Shown here one piece after another: positions 40,219 through 50,716 of a stretch of DNA of 64,000 nt. A program made the position numbers and the translations under genes. The notes beneath the pieces are model-generated. The model was given only the letters and a program-made list of their open reading frames with translations, was not told the DNA's origin and made no database searches. Source of the stretch: Candidatus Latescibacterota bacterium (GTDB lineage: Bacteria > Latescibacterota > UBA2968 > GCA-2709665); assembly GCA_965226795.1 (NCBI GenBank), contig CBDDDZ010000005.1, positions 3,040,001 to 3,104,000 of the forward strand, read 5' to 3'. Within the stretch, counting starts at the first letter, position 1. The number at the start of each line of letters is the position of its first letter.

Positions 40219-43200
40219 TTAATGTACACCGACCCCGGACGTGAAGTGGTCTTCGGGCCGATTGGCGAAAACCGACGGCTGCTGCCGGGCGCGCTGCCGA
40301 CGAGGAGGGGCCTGCTCGAGGCCGGTCGTATCCGTCTCGGTCGTGGTTTGCGCCGCAGCAACGCTTTTCTTCCCCGGTACGACGGCATTTGCCAGCGACC
40401 GCGCCGAAGCCGTTGTCAAAAGATCGAGCACGGTGACCTGGTAGTTGAACCGTTCATGAAAAAAAGCGCCCAACTCGACGACTGAAATGGAATTAAATCC
40501 CAGGCTGGACAAGGGTTCATCCACGTCCACCTCGTGCCCGATGAGTTCGGCGATTTTGGCCGCGATTATCGGTATAACGCTGTCCACCGTCAATTGGCCA
40601 ACCGAATCAACGTTGAAGGCGTCCTGGTTGCTTACAAAACGCCCTTTTCGCATATAATCCGGATCGTCGATATTCCACATAGGGCGCTTGAACACAGCTG
40701 TGATTAGGTGGTCCCTATCAGAAATCGTACGCATCGCGTAGTCGAGGTTTATAAAAGCAAATGCGGTGCTTACCGGGGGAATACCGGCAGCCCTCATCGC
40801 ACGCAGTACATGGAGATCTCCCGAGGCCATTCCGTTTTCGGCGACAGCCGCCAAATTGTAGGACAAGCCCGGCAGGCCCCGGCGGCGACGGTAGGCGGCC
40901 AAACCGTCGAGAAAGGCATTGGCCGCACTATAGTTAATTTGTCCGGGGTTGCCAAACGTCGACGCAATAGAAGAAAAAAGAACGAAGTGATCGAGCTCGC
41001 ACCCGGTTGTGGCCCTGTGTAGATACAGGGCGCCATCGGCCTTGGGTGCGAACACGCTTGCCAGCGATTCGGGTGACAGATCGGTCAACAATCGATCATC
41101 CAGTACGCCGGCGAGGTGGAACACGCCCTTGAGCGGTCTCTGTAGTTGTGCGATACACCGCCGGACGTCCTCCTCTACCGAGACGTCGCCCGAAACGACG
41201 TGAATCTCGCAGTCGGAGAAGAACCGGTCCAGATTACTCGCCTGGCGAATCCAATCCACACTTCGTCTGCGCTGGGGATCCCGGTCCATCAAGGTGAGAT
41301 GGCGTGCCCCGGAACTCGCCAGATAGTTCAAGAGCTTCAGGCCAAGGCCACCCAAACCGCCGGTCACCAGAAAGGTCGCATCGGGGTCGAGAAAAGGCCG
41401 GCAGTCGGTGATCGGGAAATCGGTTTCGCCGGACACCTCCGGCGCCACCAGGACCAATTTTCCCGTGTGTTGGCCGTTCATCATCAAGCGCAGCGCCTCG
41501 TCGTAGTCCTTGTATGCGAACGTGGTGACCGGCAACGGCGGCAGGGCACCTCGTTCGAGTAAATTCATGCAGGTCTGAAAGAGGTGGCGCAGAAGCTTCG
41601 GATCGTCCATTGACAGTCGGTCCATATCGATCCCAACAAAGCGCAGGTTCTTCCGGAAGGCATGCAGGCTGAATGAGTTATCGGCATAAATATCGACTTT
41701 GCCAATCTCGCAGTGCCAGCCGCCCGGCCGCAACGCCTGAAGGCACAGGTCGACGTGGCGGCCGGCCAGTGAATTCAGCACCACATCTACGCCTTCCCCG
41801 TCAGTCGCCTCCATCAGTTCGTCGCGCCAATCGTAACTGTGTGAATCGAAGGTGTATCGCGCCCCAAGTGCCCGCAACTGTTTGCGCTTGCTCTCGTTGC
41901 CCGCTGTCGCGTAGATCTCGGCTTCCACGTACTTGGCAATGGCGACGGCCGCCTGTCCAACTCCACCCATGGCCGAGTGAATGAGCACGCGCTGGCCCTT
42001 CCTGAGGCTGGCGAGGTGAACCAGGGCATAGTACGCGGTGACATAGACGGTAGAAACTGCGGCGGCTTCTACCATGCTCAGGCGGGAAGGCTTGGCGAAG
42101 ATGGCATGTTCGTTGACGACTATATGATTCGCAATACATCCTCCTTTCATGAGCACCACTTTATCTCCAACCCGCCAGTGTCGAACGTCCGAACCGACTC
42201 GGCGGACGATTCCACTGGCCTCCATGCCGACCTCGCGGCCGAGCAAAGACGACTCGAAAGATTGCATTGGCAGGAGGTCCAGCGTCACCATCAGGTCGCG
42301 GAAATTCAGCGCCGCAGCCGCTACTTCGACATCGACGTCGCCGGGCCCCGGTTCGGCCAGTTCCAACGTCCTCATGTTCAACCCGCCGATCTGTCCGGGA
42401 TTGTCCAGCCAGAGCCGGTACGGGGGATATTCCTCGGTGGGTACGAGTGGGAATTCCTCCCGAATACTGATCACTCTCGGAACCCACAGGCGCCGTTGCC
42501 TCACCGCGAACTCTCGCTCGCGCAAATCGCAACTCCAGAGCACGGCCAGCGTTTGCAGGTCATCCGGTGAACCCAGGTCAACAAGGCGGAAATCGATACT
42601 CGCTGCTTCGCCGACCTCCGCGGCTATGCTCCGGACGGCGCCCCAAAGCGAACTCCCGCGTGGCTCTTCTACGTCAAGGGCCGCCCCCTGCGTTACCACG
42701 GTCAAGCGGCACCGGTCGTTCGCATTCCTCATCCTACATGCAACCAGAGCCTGGACGAAAGCAACAAATCGGGACACCACTTCCTCGCCCGTGGGATCCT
42801 GGTCGTTACTTCCACAAAAGAAGTCGATCGCGCGAATGTCAGCCGCCCCCGGCCAGTCTTCGAGCCCAAGGACGGCGCCAGTGGCAAGGGCTTCGTATGG
42901 AATCGGATGTACATCCGGCCCGTTGATCAGGGACGCCCATTTCTCCGACCAACTCCCCGGTTCGCCCAGCACCCATCTCGGGGCGGGAATGCACGTCGGG
43001 ACAAAAGAGTCCGGTTGTGCAGGTGCCGCTTGCAGCAACGTCGAACGGCTGCCAGTGCGCACTCTGGTCCAGCCGGTGCCCGGTTCAATGACGTCGTCCT
43101 CGCTATGGTAGATCAGAGCCAGGCCGCGGGGCGCCGCCAGCCGATGGAAAAATCCCCATGCGTCCGGCCCGTACGAACCGGATTCGGAATGCAGGAAAAC

Positions 43201-46200
43201 CAACTCGGCGGCGCCTGAACGGAGCAGACCCTCCTCCGCCATCGGAATCGGTTGCACGCCCAGATCCAGGCTTTCGAAACGAAGGGCGGCAGCGTGATGT
43301 CCAAAGGCTTGGTGATGCGCCCGTGCGGAGTCTTCGTCGTCGCTGACGAGCCAGAATTCAGTCTGGTCGTCCGCACTTTTTGGGGAGTCGAGGTATTGAT
43401 TGAGAATCGTCCGGTCGGTTTCGAGGCGGCCGGCGAATTCGACAACGTGGCAGGCATACGCAATACCCCGGTCCGGCACTTTGAGGGCGGCGATCAGAGA
43501 TACAGGTTCGATTTCTCCCGGCGGCAACCTCGCCATTAGCGACTGGGGGGAGGGAAGGGATTTTGGCTGCCACGCGACGAAATGCTTGCTGTGCGTCAGG
43601 TCGGTCCGGACCGGATTGGTATTGAAACCGATGTAGTCTTCAATGTGTGCAACGAGAAATCCCGTTGCGCCGTCGTACAAGCTTATGCCGCCCGAGGACC
43701 ATTCACCCACAGGAGCAGAAAATAGGTTCTTTGCTTCCCAACCGGAACGATCCCTGGGATAGTGCAAATGACAGGAAATCCGCGGCGACGTCGGCGGACG
43801 AAGGAAAGTTATGTGCCGGGCCCGGCGAGGTATCGTCGACAAGTCAGCTATCATGTAGTACAGGAACATCTGCAGTCCTCCATCCATCAGTGAGGGCGGC
43901 AAGATGTATCCTTCTTCTCGACCCGTCGTCCACAGCGCCTCGTCCATCATCAACTCAGAGGACAAATCCCTGGTTTCGATATCCATATCGACCCGTTGCA
44001 CGGTCTGAAAAAACGGTCCGTATCGGAAACTGTCCGCAAGGATAGCGTCCAGATGCGCGTAGAAGTCACCGCTTTGCACGATGCCTGTGGGCTTAAAGCG
44101 GGTCTTGTCGATATCATCCCATTGCCGTGGCGCATCCACTTCGCACTCGTCGCTGACGCGGCGCACCTTGCCACGGCAATGTAAGTGGCTTTCTGCCTCG
44201 GAGTCATACGCCCGTGACGAAATCGAAAAGGTAAATTCATCAGACGCTTCCGGGGCCGGATACAGGGCCGTCTGCAGCCGCACCGGTATCCTGGGAATGG
44301 GACAGGGATGGAGGAATTCGATTTCGTCAAAATGGACGGGCGTCCCCCCGAGTGCCTCGAGAATCATCTCGATATATCCGGCCGCCGGCATGATCGAAGC
44401 ATGGTAAACGTGATGGTCCGTCAACCAGGGAAAGTCCTTCTCGGATAGCCGCGCTTCAAAGAGGATATGTTCACAGGGAATCCTGTGTCCCAAGAGCGGA
44501 CCCTGAGAGTACTCACCATGTCTCACGAACATCCTGTCGTCGATCATGGGATCCAGGGTCGGATTCTCGTCCCTCGGATGCCCGGGCAGCAGATGGCCAA
44601 TGGGCTCCGGGCGAGGATATTGGGCGGTGAAATCGAGTTTCACCCCGTCGCGGTAAAGGGCCCCCAGCGCCTCGTAAAAGCGATTGCACGAATCGGAATC
44701 CCTCATAAACGTTGGAATACAGGTCGGGACAGGAAGGTTTTCTGCGAGGCACTGGGCGATAATGGGTTGCAGGGCGCCATGAGGCGAGATTTCCAACACG
44801 ATATCCGGTCGCCGGTCTCGTCCGATGGTCTGCATAGCCGAGGCAAATTGAACGGGCCGGCGGATATTCGACCACCAGTACGCGCCGTCCAGCCGTGTCG
44901 TTTTTCGGCCGGTTACCGAAGAAGTCATCGGAACGTCAGCCTGGAAGTCGCGATCGTCCAGAAAGGATAGGGCCGATAGTACGTCTTCCTTGATCCTATC
45001 CATCGCGCTGGAGTGGAAGGCGATATTGCCCGGAATCAGCTGATTGTGCAGGCTGTACCGATCCAATGCCGTCCTCACGGTCCGCAAGGCGGCCTCGCTG
45101 CCGCAGATGACGGTGTTGGCCTGCGCGTTCTCGCATGCGATCTCAACCCGCGCCGCGCCGCCTTCTCCGGCCCGGAACGGAACTCGCAATGTATCGAGCA
45201 ATTCCTCGACAGCCGGTCTACCGAGACCAATGGCCAGCATACGACCCGAACCGGCCGTGCGCTGTTGCAAAGTAGCGCGGTGAAAAACCAGCCGGGTCGC
45301 ATCTGCCAGCGAAAGCGCACCACACGCATAAGCGGCAGCCACCTCGCCAGAACTGTGACCGACCACACAGTCCGGATAGACGCCCCAGGTCCTGAGTAAT
45401 TCCACCAGAGCGCACTGGAGCATGAAAATGGCAGGCTGGGCGAGTTCGCACTCGTCGAGCGCTGCCTGGGGGGCACAGAAACAGGCATCGCGCAAAGAGG
45501 TTTCCGCATGCTCCCGCCAGTGTTCCTCGATGGCATCGATCACGCGGCGGAAAACAGGGTCGGATTCGTAAAGTGCGCGACCGCAGCCGGGCCACTGCGT
45601 ACCCTGTCCGGAAAATACCATAGCGATCCGTCGCTCACCTTCATCGACTATGGTGACGGGGGTTGGATCTTCCTCAAGGCTCCGTAGTGCCTCAATCAGT
45701 TCCTTTTGGTTGCGTACTGCGAATGAGGTACGGGCGGCGAAGTGGGTGCGCCGACGGCTGAGATTACCCGCCAGCGTGTAAATGTCCAACTCCTGCCCAA
45801 CCAGCGATTCCCGCAGCTGCCGTGCGCTCTGAACGAGCGTCTCGGATGTGCGCGCCGACAAGGGAATCATATAGCCGGCCCCAGGGGCCACGGCCTCCGA
45901 CCAGATACGAGTCTCCGCAGGGCGGTATTCGCGGACCACGCAGTGCCCGTTCGCGCCGCCGAAGCCAAATGAATTGATACCGACGACGACGGGACGATCC
46001 GGAAAGGGTTCGCAAGCCGTCTGCACGTGAATCGGACAGCTATTGAAGTCGATTTCCGGATTCAACTCCGAAAAAGTCCTCGAAATAGGTGCAAATGTAC
46101 GCCGCTGCATCATCAGGATGACCTTGAGCAGTGCGCAATGGAATGCCGCCGCTTCCATGTGTCCCACATTGCTTTTGACGCTGGAGACCCTCAACGGCAC

Positions 46201-47232
46201 CTTCTCGCTCGCGATTCCTCCGAACACCTCTGCGATGGCGTTTCCTTCAATGGGGTCCCCCACCGGGGTTCCGGTCGCATGGGCTTCGATATAGTCGAAC
46301 GCCTCTGGTGAGTAACCGGCTCGGCCGCCGGCAATGCGCATCAATTCGACCTGTGCGTGCCTGGTCGGTGCATAAATCGAAGGCCGGGGAGCCGCGCCCC
46401 CTGTATCGCCACCTGCACTGGCGGTGTTGAGGGCGGTGGCCTTTACCACAACATGAATGGGGTCGCCGTCTCGCTCGGCTGCAGCCAGGGTCTTGATTAC
46501 GAAGACAAACACGCCTTCCGATCGCATGTACCCGTTGGCTTTCGCATCGAAAGAGTAGCATTTGCCGTCGGGGCTGATGATGCCCAGGGCATTGAATCCG
46601 AGGCTGGGTAACGATCCGCCCAGGTAGTTGGCCGAACCGACCACGGCCTGTTGACAATCGCCACACCGGAGGGAATTAATTGCGCTGTGCAACGCACTCA
46701 GACCGGCGGAGCACGCCGTACAGCAGCTCACCGACGGTCCTGCCAGGTTGAAGAAGTATGATATCCGGTTAGCCTGCATGGCCAGGCTGACGCCGGCAAC
46801 GGAGTACTCGTTGACACCGTGAGGCGATCTCCAGGTGCCCGCAACCGGAGCCTGTGCGCCTATGAAAACACCCGTAGGACTGTTGTGCAATGAATGCAGG
46901 TCCCAGCCGGTCCGCTCGAACGTCTCCCAGGTGCAGGTCAACAACAGTTTCATCTGTGGGTCCATGTTCTCTGCTTCTCGCGAAGACATTCCAAAAAACC
47001 TGCAATCAAAAAGCAATTCCTCTCCCTCGCGGAACAGCCCCTCATAGGGGCTGGCGAACCGACCTGGGCCAGAAAACCCGCCGACAGGTCGGTACCCCCT
47101 GCCGTACCGGTCCACTATGGATTCCTGTACGATCTCCCGCTCGCTGAGCAAGCGCCAGAAGTCGTCATCGGATCGGATTCCACCAGGCAGGCGGTAACTA
47201 TATCCTACGATGGCTATGTCGTCACACAACAT
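40219..47232 (-). CDS. Monomodular highly reducing type I PKS/FAS, KS-AT-DH-(degenerate MT-like linker)-ER-KR-ACP; SwfA-like
   Basis: KS CTACS / EAHATGT / KSNVGH; AT FSGQGTQW, QCALVEL, GHSSG, IAFHS; DH H..YHASIMP and DGGLQ; ER HSAMGGVG; KR TGGLGGLG, LDD, YSAAN; ACP LGFNS. No TE. GAGGAG RBS. Confidence 0.93.
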   Translation of the reverse strand: MLCDDIAIVGYSYRLPGGIRSDDDFWRLLSEREIVQESIVDRYGRGYRPVGGFSGPGRFASPYEGLFREGEELLFDCRFFGMSSREAENMDPQMKLLLTCTWETFERTGWDLHSLHNSPTGVFIGAQAPVAGTWRSPHGVNEYSVAGVSLAMQANRISYFFNLAGPSVSCCTACSAGLSALHSAINSLRCGDCQQAVVGSANYLGGSLPSLGFNALGIISPDGKCYSFDAKANGYMRSEGVFVFVIKTLAAAERDGDPIHVVVKATALNTASAGGDTGGAAPRPSIYAPTRHAQVELMRIAGGRAGYSPEAFDYIEAHATGTPVGDPIEGNAIAEVFGGIASEKVPLRVSSVKSNVGHMEAAAFHCALLKVILMMQRRTFAPISRTFSELNPEIDFNSCPIHVQTACEPFPDRPVVVGINSFGFGGANGHCVVREYRPAETRIWSEAVAPGAGYMIPLSARTSETLVQSARQLRESLVGQELDIYTLAGNLSRRRTHFAARTSFAVRNQKELIEALRSLEEDPTPVTIVDEGERRIAMVFSGQGTQWPGCGRALYESDPVFRRVIDAIEEHWREHAETSLRDACFCAPQAALDECELAQPAIFMLQCALVELLRTWGVYPDCVVGHSSGEVAAAYACGALSLADATRLVFHRATLQQRTAGSGRMLAIGLGRPAVEELLDTLRVPFRAGEGGAARVEIACENAQANTVICGSEAALRTVRTALDRYSLHNQLIPGNIAFHSSAMDRIKEDVLSALSFLDDRDFQADVPMTSSVTGRKTTRLDGAYWWSNIRRPVQFASAMQTIGRDRRPDIVLEISPHGALQPIIAQCLAENLPVPTCIPTFMRDSDSCNRFYEALGALYRDGVKLDFTAQYPRPEPIGHLLPGHPRDENPTLDPMIDDRMFVRHGEYSQGPLLGHRIPCEHILFEARLSEKDFPWLTDHHVYHASIMPAAGYIEMILEALGGTPVHFDEIEFLHPCPIPRIPVRLQTALYPAPEASDEFTFSISSRAYDSEAESHLHCRGKVRRVSDECEVDAPRQWDDIDKTRFKPTGIVQSGDFYAHLDAILADSFRYGPFFQTVQRVDMDIETRDLSSELMMDEALWTTGREEGYILPPSLMDGGLQMFLYYMIADLSTIPRRARHITFLRPPTSPRISCHLHYPRDRSGWEAKNLFSAPVGEWSSGGISLYDGATGFLVAHIEDYIGFNTNPVRTDLTHSKHFVAWQPKSLPSPQSLMARLPPGEIEPVSLIAALKVPDRGIAYACHVVEFAGRLETDRTILNQYLDSPKSADDQTEFWLVSDDEDSARAHHQAFGHHAAALRFESLDLGVQPIPMAEEGLLRSGAAELVFLHSESGSYGPDAWGFFHRLAAPRGLALIYHSEDDVIEPGTGWTRVRTGSRSTLLQAAPAQPDSFVPTCIPAPRWVLGEPGSWSEKWASLINGPDVHPIPYEALATGAVLGLEDWPGAADIRAIDFFCGSNDQDPTGEEVVSRFVAFVQALVACRMRNANDRCRLTVVTQGAALDVEEPRGSSLWGAVRSIAAEVGEAASIDFRLVDLGSPDDLQTLAVLWSCDLREREFAVRQRRLWVPRVISIREEFPLVPTEEYPPYRLWLDNPGQIGGLNMRTLELAEPGPGDVDVEVAAAALNFRDLMVTLDLLPMQSFESSLLGREVGMEASGIVRRVGSDVRHWRVGDKVVLMKGGCIANHIVVNEHAIFAKPSRLSMVEAAAVSTVYVTAYYALVHLASLRKGQRVLIHSAMGGVGQAAVAIAKYVEAEIYATAGNESKRKQLRALGARYTFDSHSYDWRDELMEATDGEGVDVVLNSLAGRHVDLCLQALRPGGWHCEIGKVDIYADNSFSLHAFRKNLRFVGIDMDRLSMDDPKLLRHLFQTCMNLLERGALPPLPVTTFAYKDYDEALRLMMNGQHTGKLVLVAPEVSGETDFPITDCRPFLDPDATFLVTGGLGGLGLKLLNYLASSGARHLTLMDRDPQRRRSVDWIRQASNLDRFFSDCEIHVVSGDVSVEEDVRRCIAQLQRPLKGVFHLAGVLDDRLLTDLSPESLASVFAPKADGALYLHRATTGCELDHFVLFSSIASTFGNPGQINYSAANAFLDGLAAYRRRRGLPGLSYNLAAVAENGMASGDLHVLRAMRAAGIPPVSTAFAFINLDYAMRTISDRDHLITAVFKRPMWNIDDPDYMRKGRFVSNQDAFNVDSVGQLTVDSVIPIIAAKIAELIGHEVDVDEPLSSLGFNSISVVELGAFFHERFNYQVTVLDLLTTASARSLANAVVPGKKSVAAAQTTTETDTTGLEQAPPRRQRARQQPSVFANRPEDHFTSGVGVH

Positions 47233-47381
47233 AAACCACTCCTCATTGGAAATTTATGGGAATTTCAATTTTGCCAGCACCTGTACTTTGGTATGGATGT
47301 CCAATGAGGACATCCTCGAAGCGACCCTGAGTTCTGCAAAGGGCAATTGAACCATTCATCGACCCTGAACGATTCTAACCT

Positions 47382-50300
47382 CTACTCGGTGGTATCCGCC
47401 GCCTGGGTGTCGCCAGCGGTCAACGAGGTATGGGCACCGCCTGTCCAAACCATCGCAGCCAGGCGAAGATCATCCAAGAGGGTGTAAAGCAAAGGCACGA
47501 GCAGGAGCACGGGAACGGTCGAAAAAAGAAAGCCGCCGACAATGGCGATTCCCATCGGCGCATAGGCTTGTCCCAGTACTTTACTGCTTCCCAGAGCCAT
47601 TGGCAAAAGGCCGAAGACCGTCGTAGACGTCGTCATAACAATGGGTCGGAAACGGTTTGCGCCTGCCTTCATAATCGCAGCGGTTCGACCCATTCCAAGT
47701 GTGCGCTCCCGATTCACCATGTCCACCAGTACTATGGCATTGTTGACGACCACACCAATCAGCACGACCAGACCCACCATGGCCAACGTCTGCATCGGCG
47801 TACCAGTCAGAAACAGCGCCCAATAGGCACCTAGAAACGCAAATGGAATCGAGAACAGAACAGAGAATGGCAGCACAAAAGACTCGAACAGAACGCCCAT
47901 CAGGAGGAATACGCACGTCACGGCCATCGCTGCGGCGAAATACATGGAATGATCTTCATCACGCAGCCTGGAATATCTCTCCCCCTTGTCCCAGGTATAA
48001 CCGCGCGGCATCTCGAGACCCTTCATTGCTCGGTCGACTTCCTCATACAGCTCTTTGAAGTCTTCTATGGCAGAGTAAGCCTGCACCTGTAATCGCGTCT
48101 TGCCATCTACGCGGCTGATCGCGCCGCGTCCCTGATCCACGTTCAGCGTGGCGAAATCCAGCAATGGAACCTGTTCGCCCCTTTTGGACGGAAAGGTCAG
48201 ACGTTTCAGGTGTTGGAGCGTTCTCTGATCCGTTTTGCCCGAGTACAGTCGCACCCTGATCTCTCTGTTGCCAAACGACCGGAAGTACGGCAATAGCGCG
48301 CCCTGAAACGCGAAACCAATGCTGCGCCCCACGTCTTGAGCCACGAGTCCCATTTTCTGTGCACGATCCCGGTCGATAATGACCTGGACTTCCTCCCTGG
48401 CGCGTTCCAAATCGGAATCCACGCTTAGCACCGAAGGGATTCTTCTCAATCGCCCCTCAACCTCCCGCGACAAAACCGCCAACACATCGACGTCATCTCC
48501 ATATACATTCAATGACACAGTGAAATCGCCGCCACCGCTCCTGCTATTGCGACGTACAGCCACTCGAACACCCGCAAACTGCGGCAAATGTCTCTTGATG
48601 TCTTCGATCACTTCGTTGCGCGACAGGTGCCGTTGCAAGGGGATGCCGAGCAACGTACGTACGGACCCATAGGTTGCCATCCACCAGGGCTCATTGGTCT
48701 TTTTGAGAAATACGTGAATGGTTCCATGAGTAATCCTGAACCACACCCGCACGGCTTCAATCCCGTATGTCTCGCGGCGGGCCTCCAGATATTCCTCCAC
48801 TTCAGCGAGTGTGTCGCTGGCATCTTGAATGTTGTATTTTTTCGGAAACCGAAAATCAACGCGGAAGTCGTTGAGCATGCTGCCGTCTGAATCGCCTCGC
48901 CTGAGTCCATATATCGGAATGCTGATGCTTCCCAGCAGGACGAGGGCGATCACAAATGCATCGTGCCGGTGTGTGAGTGTCCAGTTCAGCATGCGCACAT
49001 AATGCTGGCACGCGCGTTGAACAATCGCGGGATCGGATTTGACCTCGGAACCGCCGAAACGCAATGTGGCCTGCGGGATGAAGATGAGGGCCACAAAAAG
49101 CGACCCGAACAGGGCGACCACAACCGGCAACCCAATGCGGGCGAGAAAAAAGGTCAGTTGCACGTTTCCGCTCATCAGCATCAGCGGCAGGAATACGACA
49201 ACTGTGGTCAGCGTTGCGACGGTGATCGCCAACCCGACTTCGCCGGCGCCCGAGATAGCCGCTTCGCTGGCGGGCAACCCTTTGCAGCGCATGCGATTGA
49301 TGTTTTCCAGAATCACTATGGCGTTATCGACCACCATTCCCACGCCCACGATAAGTCCCATCACGGTCAGCACATTGAGCGACCATCCGAGAAAATAGAG
49401 CGCCGCAATCGAAATCATCACACACAGAGGAATCGATAGTGTGACAATTGCCGTCATCAGCAGTGACCGAAAGAAAAACTGCAGGACGATCGCGGCAAAC
49501 AGTCCACCCCAAAGCGCTGTGGCCTCCAGATTTTGAATCGAATTCCTGATGTATTCACCCTCATCATAGAATACATCGAACGCAATCTTCTCGTCGCGTA
49601 GCGAATCGCTTTCGATCTCCCGCAATGCGGCCACCACGCGCTCGGATACCTCGACCGTATTGGCGCCTGACTCTTGATAAATTCCGATCGATACGGCGTC
49701 CCGCCCGTCGATACGCTGATACCAGAACCTTTCGGGCACGCCGTAACCCACGTCTGATATATCTCCAAGGCGCACGTATCCCTGGCGTGCGGGAATGAGA
49801 ATCTCTCCAACCTCATCCAAACTCCGGTATCTCGCCAACGACCGCACCAATATACGTCTCCCGTCTTCGCGCACGTGTCCGGCCGAATGCACCAGGCTGT
49901 TCGATCGCAGCGATTGCACCACCGCTCCCGCGTCCACCCCCCGGGACATCAGGCTTTCGTGGCTCAGTTCAATCGTGACTTCATTCTCGTACACGCCCCA
50001 GAAGTCCACTCTACCCACGCCCTTTACGCGTTCCAAACGACGTTGTACATGCCGTTTCAAGAATTGATAGGGGTCAGAAACAGACATATCGATAGAAACC
50101 CCCACCCACATGATCCCCCAGCTATCGACATCGAACTTAAACACTCGTACCTGATCGCGCGCATCCTCCGGCAATTCCGATCTGAGACGCTCGAGGCGAT
50201 CGACGACCTGATTGTAGGCCAGGACCATTTCCGTGTCGTGCCAGAACTCAATAGGAGCACTCACTCCATAGGACGCGCTGTACGTGCGAACTCTCTTTAT

Positions 50301-50606
50301 GCCCTTTACTGTGCGCAACTGTTCTTCCAGTGGCCGGGCGATCTGTCGTTCGGCTTCCTGGGGTGAGGCGTTGCGGTGATTGTATTTAATATCCACGTAC
50401 AGGAAAGTCGGTGTAAACCCCGAAGGGAACAGTTCCACCGGCAGGTGAAAATAGGCGATAACACCCAGCAGCAGTAGGGCGGCCAGACACACAACAACCG
50501 ATACGGGGCGATTTAATGAAATGCGTGGCAACAGCGTTGATCGGCGATGCCACTTTCTCTCGCATATATCGCGCATTTCTTCGAGTACTTTTCTTCGGTT
50601 CGCCAT
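47382..50606 (-). CDS. RND (AcrB-family) transporter permease
   Basis: RPVSV, GMVVDNAIVILENI, TLTTVVVFLP, GVVVNNAIVLVD, RFRPIVMT..TTVFGLLPMAL. Confidence 0.93.
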   Translation of the reverse strand: MANRRKVLEEMRDICERKWHRRSTLLPRISLNRPVSVVVCLAALLLLGVIAYFHLPVELFPSGFTPTFLYVDIKYNHRNASPQEAERQIARPLEEQLRTVKGIKRVRTYSASYGVSAPIEFWHDTEMVLAYNQVVDRLERLRSELPEDARDQVRVFKFDVDSWGIMWVGVSIDMSVSDPYQFLKRHVQRRLERVKGVGRVDFWGVYENEVTIELSHESLMSRGVDAGAVVQSLRSNSLVHSAGHVREDGRRILVRSLARYRSLDEVGEILIPARQGYVRLGDISDVGYGVPERFWYQRIDGRDAVSIGIYQESGANTVEVSERVVAALREIESDSLRDEKIAFDVFYDEGEYIRNSIQNLEATALWGGLFAAIVLQFFFRSLLMTAIVTLSIPLCVMISIAALYFLGWSLNVLTVMGLIVGVGMVVDNAIVILENINRMRCKGLPASEAAISGAGEVGLAITVATLTTVVVFLPLMLMSGNVQLTFFLARIGLPVVVALFGSLFVALIFIPQATLRFGGSEVKSDPAIVQRACQHYVRMLNWTLTHRHDAFVIALVLLGSISIPIYGLRRGDSDGSMLNDFRVDFRFPKKYNIQDASDTLAEVEEYLEARRETYGIEAVRVWFRITHGTIHVFLKKTNEPWWMATYGSVRTLLGIPLQRHLSRNEVIEDIKRHLPQFAGVRVAVRRNSRSGGGDFTVSLNVYGDDVDVLAVLSREVEGRLRRIPSVLSVDSDLERAREEVQVIIDRDRAQKMGLVAQDVGRSIGFAFQGALLPYFRSFGNREIRVRLYSGKTDQRTLQHLKRLTFPSKRGEQVPLLDFATLNVDQGRGAISRVDGKTRLQVQAYSAIEDFKELYEEVDRAMKGLEMPRGYTWDKGERYSRLRDEDHSMYFAAAMAVTCVFLLMGVLFESFVLPFSVLFSIPFAFLGAYWALFLTGTPMQTLAMVGLVVLIGVVVNNAIVLVDMVNRERTLGMGRTAAIMKAGANRFRPIVMTTSTTVFGLLPMALGSSKVLGQAYAPMGIAIVGGFLFSTVPVLLLVPLLYTLLDDLRLAAMVWTGGAHTSLTAGDTQAADTTE

Positions 50607-50716
50607 TTTTCTTGATTACTCGGCTCGTATGAATGCCGCCCGCGAAGATCGTGCGAACGGAAAATCCGTTCGCACGATCCATATCCTGGCCATTACCGAC
50701 CCGGTAAGCGCACCTC

